Shown in pieces: positions 58,201-64,000 of a stretch of 64,000 nucleotides of DNA. The notes under the pieces are model-generated. The model did no database searches and had not been told where the DNA came from. It saw only the letters and a list, made by a program, of their open reading frames with translations. Position 1 is the stretch's first letter, and every line of letters starts with the position of its first letter. A program made the position numbers and the translations under genes. This stretch comes from a virus: IMG/VR virus record IMGVR_UViG_3300036770_005052, positions 32,001 to 96,000 of that record, one strand, 5' to 3'.

Positions 58201-60160
58201 TTCAACTCCAATTGTAGTATTTGATGGCAATGGTTTTTATGGTTCAACTAGAACAGCTACAATTAAAAATAAAGTATTTCTTGCTAACGTTGATAAAGTT
58301 TATTATTGGGTTATTAAAGGCGGTGGTGGATGGGGCGATGAACCTTTTGATACTTTATCATTACAATATTCGATTGATGGAACTGCTTGGTCAGCTACTA
58401 TTGACTCTACAAATTATTCAGATATTTTATCTACAAATAGTTGGACTCTAAAGTCTGTAACAGTTCCTGCAGGTGCCAAATATTATAATGGTGTTTACTT
58501 AAGATTTTCACAACCTGGTTATAATACATCTAGTGTTTATAGAAGTTGGGCATTTACTTCAGTTTTATTTGATTTAAACAGTATATCTTCATCAGGATCT
58601 GGAAAATCTACATCATTTGCTTTGATGGATTTATCATCTTCATCTAATATTATTTTCCCAACTCCTCAACCTGGAACTAGATTAACGACAGTTGGTAGTG
58701 TTACTGGAATGGCAACCAGAACTGAAGTGCCATCTTCAACACCAATTGTGGTATTTGACGGTAATGGTTTTTATGGTTCAACTAGATGGGTTTCAATACC
58801 AAATAAAGTCTTTTTAGGTGGTATGTCCAGACTATATTATTGGGTAAATCGTGGTGGTGGTGGATGGGGAGATACCCCCTATGACACTTTATCATTACAG
58901 TATTCAATTGATGGAACTACTTGGTCAGCCACTATTGATTCAATTTCACAAACAACTAGTTATGATGGTACAAGTGAAATTTCAAGTAATCAATGGACTT
59001 TAAGAGAAGTTGATATTCCACAAGGAGCCAAATATTATAATGGTGTTTACTTAAGATTTTCACAATCTACTTATAATACATCAAATGTATATTATACTTG
59101 GGCAGTAACTTCAATAGTTGCAACTATTAACGAATATGATCAATCTTATACACCAAGTACACTTAGTTTAATTGATCTCTTAAATCAAGATACTTTTAAT
59201 CTGACAAAACCACGTACAGCTGCAAGAATAACTACAGTTAGTGGTGTTGCTGGAATGGCAACCAGAACTGAAGTGCCATCTTCAACACCAATTGTGGTAT
59301 TTGGTGAGGCTGACTTATATCCTGGATTTTATGGTTCATCAAGAACATTAACAAATAGATCGAAAATTTTCCTCTCTAATGTTAATCAAGTTCAATTTTA
59401 TGTTAATAAAGGTGGATCTAATGGGGCTCAAACATGGGGTGATGAACCATTTTCATCATTATTTTTACAATATTCCGCCGATGGAATTACTTGGTCTACA
59501 CTTTATGAAGTAGTAAGGACTACAGTATCACCAAATACATGGACTCTTCAAACTGTCACAGTTCCAGCGGGAGCAAAATACTACAATGGAGTTTTCTTAA
59601 GATTCTCCCAACAATCTTATAATGCATCTTCTTCATATTACACATGGGCAGCTACATCAGTAGTGGCACTTCCATCATCTGGAACTTCTGGAACTATTAG
59701 TTATTCTGACGATACAACAACAAACAGTACATATTATCCATCCGTAATTTCCGCAACTAGTGGTGGTTCTTTAAGAATTTCTTCCACAAAACTAACATAC
59801 AACCCTTCAACTGGAAGACTTTCTTCAAGTAGTGTTTCTGACTCTAAAGGAGACTTAAGAACAATTCCAGTTAATGTGAAAAGTACTGGATATACACTAG
59901 TGCTTTCTGATGCTGGTAAGATTATATCAACATCTTCTGGAATAACAATTCCTACTAATGTCTTTAGTAGTGGAGATGCTATTAGTGTATTTAATAATTC
60001 AGCATCAACACAAACAATAACTGCAAGTTCCGTTACGATGTATTTTCCTGGTTATTCTTCAGCTTTTGGATCTATAACATTGGATGCGAGAGGTGTATGC
60101 ACAATTCTTTGTGTATCATCTAATGTTTTTGTAATTTCTGGTGCAGGATTGATACCATGA
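55286..60160 (+). CDS. collagen-like fibre with five Reelin-like modules
   Basis: LEQAEPDLGDP N-terminus; G-X-Q tract; five MATRTEVP...LQYSxDG..W...YYNGVYLRFSQ...WA repeats; YTLVLSDAGK C-terminal domain. Confidence 0.8.
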   Translation: MVRYNSGRVRKFDQTGITSDRYQFLGLEQAEPDLGDPIVGVSSVIANPAPPGDQYVLAAVDGQVGKRYWLKSTNLVGIGSTGTQGTAGPPGSQGVQGSLSNFQGTQGRQGTQGNQGLQGNQGIQGVQGFLSNFQGTQGNQGSQGTQGNQGLQGTQGNQGLQGTSGNQGSQGLQGNQGVQGVQGFLSNFQGTQGNQGSQGLQGNQGTQGLQGSIGSQGTQGFQGIQGNQGTQGLQGSIGSQGTQGFQGIQGNQGLQGNFGNQGVQGAQGSQGVQGPNGSFGAKGDQGVQGLQGLQGTSVQGSQGAQGVLSNFQGTQGNQGIQGSQGMQGAQGVQGFLSNFQGTQGNQGLQGNQGIQGVQGFLSNFQGTQGIQGSQGSQATQGVQGAQGSIGPQGFQGLQSSQGMQGNIGNQGGQGLQGLQGTQGFSGSTGSKGDQGAQGLQGLQGSQGNQGLSNQGPQGPQGSQGSQGLQGSQGTQGFTGGEGRQGAQGPQGVQGLSGGEGRQGAQGPQGVQGVQGLQGFSGNVGSKGDQGAQGVGAQGTQGLQGFSGSIGGKGDQGAQGIQGVQGLTGISPLTSASLAVIDAAVSSTINLGSGARLSTVASVSAMATRTEVPGSTSIVVFDGNGNRSATTAGKYYLSAVSKLFYWVNRGGGGWGDDPAGTTVELQFSYDGSTGWTALDQVTTSIVSSNNTWIQREIILSNFSGSQYYNGVYLRFVQSPLSRSSNVDTWAFTSVIYQAGSAGGGGSTSTGSNSLAVMDVSSTSTISLPSYPSTSGVRLTTVSGVTGMTSRTEVPGSTPIVVFDGNGIANSTRTVTLPNRVYLSTVNKLYYWVIKGGGGWGDEPFDTLSLQYSYDGTNWLGTIDSTAYQDILSTNTWTQKSVTVPAAAKYYNGVYLRFSQPGYNTSSTYRSWAITSIIPDFGAAGGGSSGGSTSLALVDLSSSNNFDFPTPQPGARLTTVSAVTGMATRTEVPGSTPIVVFDGNGFYGSTRTATIKNKVFLANVDKVYYWVIKGGGGWGDEPFDTLSLQYSIDGTAWSATIDSTNYSDILSTNSWTLKSVTVPAGAKYYNGVYLRFSQPGYNTSSVYRSWAFTSVLFDLNSISSSGSGKSTSFALMDLSSSSNIIFPTPQPGTRLTTVGSVTGMATRTEVPSSTPIVVFDGNGFYGSTRWVSIPNKVFLGGMSRLYYWVNRGGGGWGDTPYDTLSLQYSIDGTTWSATIDSISQTTSYDGTSEISSNQWTLREVDIPQGAKYYNGVYLRFSQSTYNTSNVYYTWAVTSIVATINEYDQSYTPSTLSLIDLLNQDTFNLTKPRTAARITTVSGVAGMATRTEVPSSTPIVVFGEADLYPGFYGSSRTLTNRSKIFLSNVNQVQFYVNKGGSNGAQTWGDEPFSSLFLQYSADGITWSTLYEVVRTTVSPNTWTLQTVTVPAGAKYYNGVFLRFSQQSYNASSSYYTWAATSVVALPSSGTSGTISYSDDTTTNSTYYPSVISATSGGSLRISSTKLTYNPSTGRLSSSSVSDSKGDLRTIPVNVKSTGYTLVLSDAGKIISTSSGITIPTNVFSSGDAISVFNNSASTQTITASSVTMYFPGYSSAFGSITLDARGVCTILCVSSNVFVISGAGLIP

Positions 60161-60816
60161 GTATTCAGCAACTATTTTTTTCAGGTGGATTTAGTTTACA
60201 ATTACCTGATTTTATTTCTTCTGGATCAAAATTACCTGTTTATGGAACAAGTGGTGGTTCCTACCCTCCTCCTGGATGGGTTGGTGTTCAAAATGCTTCT
60301 GTTGATGATGGTTGGTTATCTATTTTTCTTCCATTTACATTTTATATTGCTGGAAATGGATACACTACAACCTATATAAGTTCAAATACCTATCTTACAT
60401 TTGGTTCTGGATCTGCCAGTTTTAGCGGATTATCTGCCTCAAATCCAGCTCTTCCAAAATTTATGTTTGGTGCTTTCGATAACTCTTTTCAAAGAGTTTC
60501 TAGATTCACTAGTGGAACCGATTATCAAAGAATTCGTTATGAAGGAACTGCCTCTACTATTGGTACTGTAGGTTCTCCAAATATTGTTCTTGAAATTACG
60601 TTATTTAATCCAGAAAATTATGGTGGATTAAATGTTCTCGAATTATTAACAGGGGATCATAACAGAACAGGAGGAGTAAGTCTTGTGGCAAATTCATCTA
60701 CAGCATACGCTACATATACTCAATCTCCTTTTAGAAGTTATGTATTTGTAGGAAATAGCAATGGAACATCATGGAAAATTTATACAGATTATTATGTAAA
60801 TAACACTGATTATTAA
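60157..60816 (+). CDS. hypothetical virion protein with a NIDO-like beta motif
   Basis: ATGA overlap; DDG...LPFTFY..G..Y...YISSN.YLTFG. Confidence 0.55.
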   Translation: MSIQQLFFSGGFSLQLPDFISSGSKLPVYGTSGGSYPPPGWVGVQNASVDDGWLSIFLPFTFYIAGNGYTTTYISSNTYLTFGSGSASFSGLSASNPALPKFMFGAFDNSFQRVSRFTSGTDYQRIRYEGTASTIGTVGSPNIVLEITLFNPENYGGLNVLELLTGDHNRTGGVSLVANSSTAYATYTQSPFRSYVFVGNSNGTSWKIYTDYYVNNTDY

Positions 60817-60831
60817 GCTAACTAGCACCTC

Positions 60832-60860
60832 TTGACAACCCTTCACAGATGCTATATAAT
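60832..60860 (+). promoter_or_regulatory. consensus sigma70 early promoter TTGACA-17-TATAAT
   Basis: Perfect consensus. Confidence 0.9.
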
Positions 60861-60885
60861 ACTCAGGTAATCAATCAAAGACCAA

Positions 60886-61071
60886 ATGAAAACCGAAGAG
60901 TTCTTGAGTCGTTGCGTTGTCGATACTCTTGCACGTAAATTTTACCTATATTCTAGTGAAGGTTCAGAACGAATCGTAGAATGCGAGAATGTTGACCAGT
61001 TTATGAACGTACTGGAAGTTGTGCGCACTCAGGTAAGTGAAGATTGTCTTGCATACACCGATCCTCTTTAA
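60886..61071 (+). CDS. small hypothetical early protein
   Basis: ORF directly downstream of the consensus promoter. Confidence 0.7.
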   Translation: MKTEEFLSRCVVDTLARKFYLYSSEGSERIVECENVDQFMNVLEVVRTQVSEDCLAYTDPL

Positions 61072-61074
61072 GAA

Positions 61075-61248
61075 ATGGAAGTTTTCACTGTAGATGAATT
61101 TCAAGAACATTTTGATAAACTCATGGAAAGAGTCGAAAATGGTGAACATCTAGGTATAATCAACGAAAACGGCCAGGCGACAGTGATGATGCCATACGAT
61201 GATGACCTTATACGAATACACACTGAATTAAACAACGAAGCATCTTGA
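61075..61248 (+). CDS. Phd/YefM antitoxin-like protein, 57 aa
   Basis: MEVFTVDEFQEHFDKLMERVENGEHLGIINENGQATVMMP fits the Phd pattern. Confidence 0.55.
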   Translation: MEVFTVDEFQEHFDKLMERVENGEHLGIINENGQATVMMPYDDDLIRIHTELNNEAS

Positions 61249-61273
61249 CAAAGAGTTCCAGATCCTCTATAAT
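61245..61273 (+). promoter_or_regulatory. consensus sigma70 promoter for the tRNA genes
   Basis: TTGACA-17-TATAAT ending 12 nt before the tRNA. Confidence 0.9.
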
Positions 61274-61285
61274 TGATCTGTTCAA

Positions 61286-61373
61286 GCGAGTGAGACTTGG
61301 TAGTCAGAGGAGTCTTATAAACTCTTTCCGCCAGATTAGCGGCTTTGACCTGGTTCGAATCCAGGCACTCGTA
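61286..61373 (+). tRNA. non-canonical tRNA, anticodon TAT (Ile, reads AUA)
   Basis: Acceptor GCGAGTG/CACTCGT, T arm CCTGG-TTCGAAT-CCAGG, anticodon loop CTTATAA, long variable arm. Confidence 0.7.
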
Positions 61374-61430
61374 TCTGCTTACCCATTTTGTAGTGGGTTT
61401 TAGAGGGTAAGCAACAGTAAACCTACTTGA

Positions 61431-61514
61431 AAAGCGGTGACGTAACTGGTAGCCGTATCAGACTTAAAATCTGCTGGGAGTATTCCCGTGGGGGTTCGAT
61501 TCCCCCCTCGCCCT
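61431..61514 (+). tRNA. tRNA-Leu(TAA) with defective acceptor stem, possible pseudogene
   Basis: D, anticodon (CTTAAAA), variable and T arms intact; 5' AAAGCGG does not pair with 3' CTCGCCC. Confidence 0.65.
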
Positions 61515-61545
61515 ATAAAATAAATATAAGATATGGGAAATCCCA

Positions 61546-61851
61546 ATGTCTTATCGTATTGATCACGCATACTGCTGGTACAACAATGGCAGTATGATTG
61601 TGAAGATGTATTTTATCAATCATATACCTTTTACATTTGATGAACTTCCAGATGGTCATTTGTACGATCAAGATCTTTGTAGATTAGCAGATCAACAATG
61701 CACATTTGAACCGGAAGATTTGTATAAAAATTCATTCTATTTAATAGATGAAGAAGTACATCCATGTTTTTTTCCAGTTGAGTTAGAAAATCCTGAAGAT
61801 CTTCCAGATAACCTTGAATATGATTATGGTGAAGAAGACTTGACTAACTAA
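61546..61851 (+). CDS. conserved cyanophage hypothetical protein
   Basis: IVKMYFINHIPFTFDEL...YLIDEEVHP; late promoter ATAAATA at 61520-61526. Confidence 0.75.
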   Translation: MSYRIDHAYCWYNNGSMIVKMYFINHIPFTFDELPDGHLYDQDLCRLADQQCTFEPEDLYKNSFYLIDEEVHPCFFPVELENPEDLPDNLEYDYGEEDLTN

Positions 61852-61886
61852 ATAAAACATAGAATTACTACAGCTAATATAATACA

Positions 61887-64000
61887 ATGCCTCTTAATAA
61901 GTTAGAGAATTTTATTAAGAATACAGAAGGTCGTATTCTTTATGTAAATCCAAATGATCTTGATTCAACTGATTCGATTACTAATCAAGGAAATTCACTT
62001 GCTCAACCGTTTAAGACTGTACAAAGAGCTCTTTTAGAATCAGCAAGATTTTCTTATTTGAGAGGTTATAATAATGATCTTACTGAAAAAACTACAATTT
62101 TACTTTTTCCAGGTGAACATTTAATTGACAATAGACCTGGTTATGCAATTTATGATAATGATCCCCTTGGTGCATATGCGGTTCCCCCAACTGGTGGTGT
62201 TGGAGTTCCTGCACCACAAACTTTATCATTAGAACTAGATTCAGTATTTGATCTGACTGATCCAGACAATATTCTTTACAAATTTAATAGTGTATATGGT
62301 GGTGTTATTGTTCCTCGTGGCACTTCAATTGTCGGTCTTGATTTAAGAAAGACTAAGATTCGTCCAAAATATGTCCCAAATCCAACCGACCCAAGTGCAA
62401 CTAATTCTGCAATTTTTAGAATTACTGGTGCTTGCTATTTTTGGCAATTATCAATCTTTGATGGTGATGAAAGTGGATTAGTTTATACAAATCCAACATA
62501 TTCTACCAGTATATATCAATCTACTCCTACGTTTTCTCACCACAAACTAACTTGTTTTGAATATGCGGATGGTGTAAATCCTGTTGGTTCTTATGAATTA
62601 ACAGATCTTGATATGTATTATAGTAAGCTCTCGAATGCTTACAATACTTATAGAAATATTGATGCAAAATATCCTTCTGAACCATTAGGATTTTCGAAAA
62701 AAGCCCCAGAATGGGAAATTGTTGGTGCATTCGCATCTGATCCTATTGATATTACTGGATTATTTTCGGGCAATGGTACAACTGCCGGAGCTAGAGTTAC
62801 TGTAACTACCGCGTTTGAACATAATTTAAATTCCGGAACTCCAATTAAAATTCGTGATGTTTCGGAAGGAACTTATAATGTTTCAACAAAAGTACAAGAA
62901 GTTTTAAGTCCAACTCAATTTACATATCTCTTAACCTCATTTCCAATCAATTTAGATGCAAATCCAAGTGTATCTGGTGCAACAGTTACTGTCGAAACGG
63001 ATACTGTCTCTGGTGCTTCTCCATACATTTTTAACTGCTCTTTAAGATCAGTATGGGGTATGAACGGAATGCACGCTGATGGGTCAAAGGCATCAGGCTT
63101 CCGTTCCATGGTTGTTGCACAGTTCACCGCAGTATCACTACAAAAAGATGACCGTGCATTTGTAAAATATAATAATGTAGCAAGAGCATATGAAGGTGTT
63201 ACCATTTCTCCAGTATCAGGAGCAGCTTTATCATCTGGCTCTTCTCAAACTGATGCAGAATTGGTTTATCACTTAGATCAAAACGCAATATATCGAAATG
63301 GATGGGAAACTAGCCATATTAAAATTTCCAATGATTCCTTTATTCAAATCGTATCTGTTTTTGCAATTGGTTTTAATAAGCATTTTGATGTTCAAAGTGG
63401 TAGTGATGCATCTATTACAAACTCCAACTCTAATTTTGGTCAAATTTCATTAAATGCTGAAGGTTTTAAAAATGCTGCCTTTGGCAAAGATAATAAAGCA
63501 TTTATTACATCAATTATACCTCCCAGAAATATTGATGAATTTGATGAAGACATTATTGAATGGCTTTCTTTAGATGTTGGCATTACAACTGCATATGGTA
63601 ATGATACTACTGATACCTCTAGACTTTACCTTTATGGTTTTACTGCCAAAGATAGTCTTCCAGTTAGCTTAACACAAGGATATCGTGTCGGTGCTCGTAA
63701 AAATGATATCTTATATCTTTCATATAATGGGGTAGAATATAATGCTAAAATATACATGGAGGATCCTAGTGGTGTTGGATTAATTAGTGCTGAAAAATCA
63801 TATTCAGTAATAGGATCTCCATCAAATAATATTTTTACTTTAAATACTCCTTTAAATTTATTAACAACTGGAGAAAAAGTTGTTATTAATAGTGAAGATG
63901 GAGATCTGCCCGAAAATATAACAGAGCATATTCCATATTATGTCATTAAAATTAATTCAACTCAAATCAAATTAGCAACATCATATACTAATGCAATTTT
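61887..64000 (+). CDS. 5' part of a large cyanophage virion/tail-fibre protein, runs off the window
   Basis: MPLNKLENFIKNTEGRILYVNPNDLD...PFKTVQRAL; apparently open to the window end; CTAAATA at 61848-61854. Confidence 0.8.
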   Translation, partial: MPLNKLENFIKNTEGRILYVNPNDLDSTDSITNQGNSLAQPFKTVQRALLESARFSYLRGYNNDLTEKTTILLFPGEHLIDNRPGYAIYDNDPLGAYAVPPTGGVGVPAPQTLSLELDSVFDLTDPDNILYKFNSVYGGVIVPRGTSIVGLDLRKTKIRPKYVPNPTDPSATNSAIFRITGACYFWQLSIFDGDESGLVYTNPTYSTSIYQSTPTFSHHKLTCFEYADGVNPVGSYELTDLDMYYSKLSNAYNTYRNIDAKYPSEPLGFSKKAPEWEIVGAFASDPIDITGLFSGNGTTAGARVTVTTAFEHNLNSGTPIKIRDVSEGTYNVSTKVQEVLSPTQFTYLLTSFPINLDANPSVSGATVTVETDTVSGASPYIFNCSLRSVWGMNGMHADGSKASGFRSMVVAQFTAVSLQKDDRAFVKYNNVARAYEGVTISPVSGAALSSGSSQTDAELVYHLDQNAIYRNGWETSHIKISNDSFIQIVSVFAIGFNKHFDVQSGSDASITNSNSNFGQISLNAEGFKNAAFGKDNKAFITSIIPPRNIDEFDEDIIEWLSLDVGITTAYGNDTTDTSRLYLYGFTAKDSLPVSLTQGYRVGARKNDILYLSYNGVEYNAKIYMEDPSGVGLISAEKSYSVIGSPSNNIFTLNTPLNLLTTGEKVVINSEDGDLPENITEHIPYYVIKINSTQIKLATSYTNAI

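Noticed and set aside
48448-60160. Diversity-generating retroelement suggested by the Mtd-N-like domain and near-identical repeats
   Set aside because: No reverse transcriptase or non-coding template repeat in the window; differences between repeats do not look adenine-specific by eye
61314-61320. Reading the unusual tRNA as an ochre (UUA) suppressor, or stop-codon recoding
   Set aside because: The 7-nt loop CTTATAA centres on TAT; genes end normally at TAA/TAG/TGA and core genes are intact under code 11

Overview
AT-rich 64-kb segment of a T4-like cyanomyovirus (Kyanoviridae-type) genome, almost entirely + strand. From left to right: (1) small ORFs and an HNH endonuclease; (2) a 2074-aa collagen-like (G-X-Q) tail fibre with a C-terminal S74 chaperone, then three paralogous Gly-rich/Asp-box repeat virion proteins; (3) an ~11.8-kb island of glycosyltransferases, methyltransferases and one glycosidase-like protein; (4) the cyanophage core block (glutaredoxin, thyX, phoH, exonuclease, g33, g59, g32), which contains a compact nitrogen-responsive cassette; (5) baseplate/tail genes (g53, g48, g2, g4, g19/54-like, g26, g51, tape-measure/lysozyme-like, hub, split g5); (6) two more collagen fibres, one with five Reelin-like modules; (7) an early operon with two unusual tRNA genes; (8) the start of a large structural protein. 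Most interesting observations: (a) an NtcA box, a sigma70 promoter, a double glnA-type glutamine riboswitch with a 50-codon ORF inside one aptamer loop, a DUF4278-like peptide, a basic peptide and a terminator; (b) a complete dnaX-style -1 frameshift signal joining g26 to g51, like lambda G/GT; (c) a non-canonical tRNA with anticodon UAU; (d) recursively nested repeat domains in the fibre paralogues; (e) a glycosylation island beside Thr/Ser-rich, Pro-poor collagen fibres that share identical DNA tracts up to 50 kb apart. All calls come from reading the sequence and recognising motifs; no searches were run.
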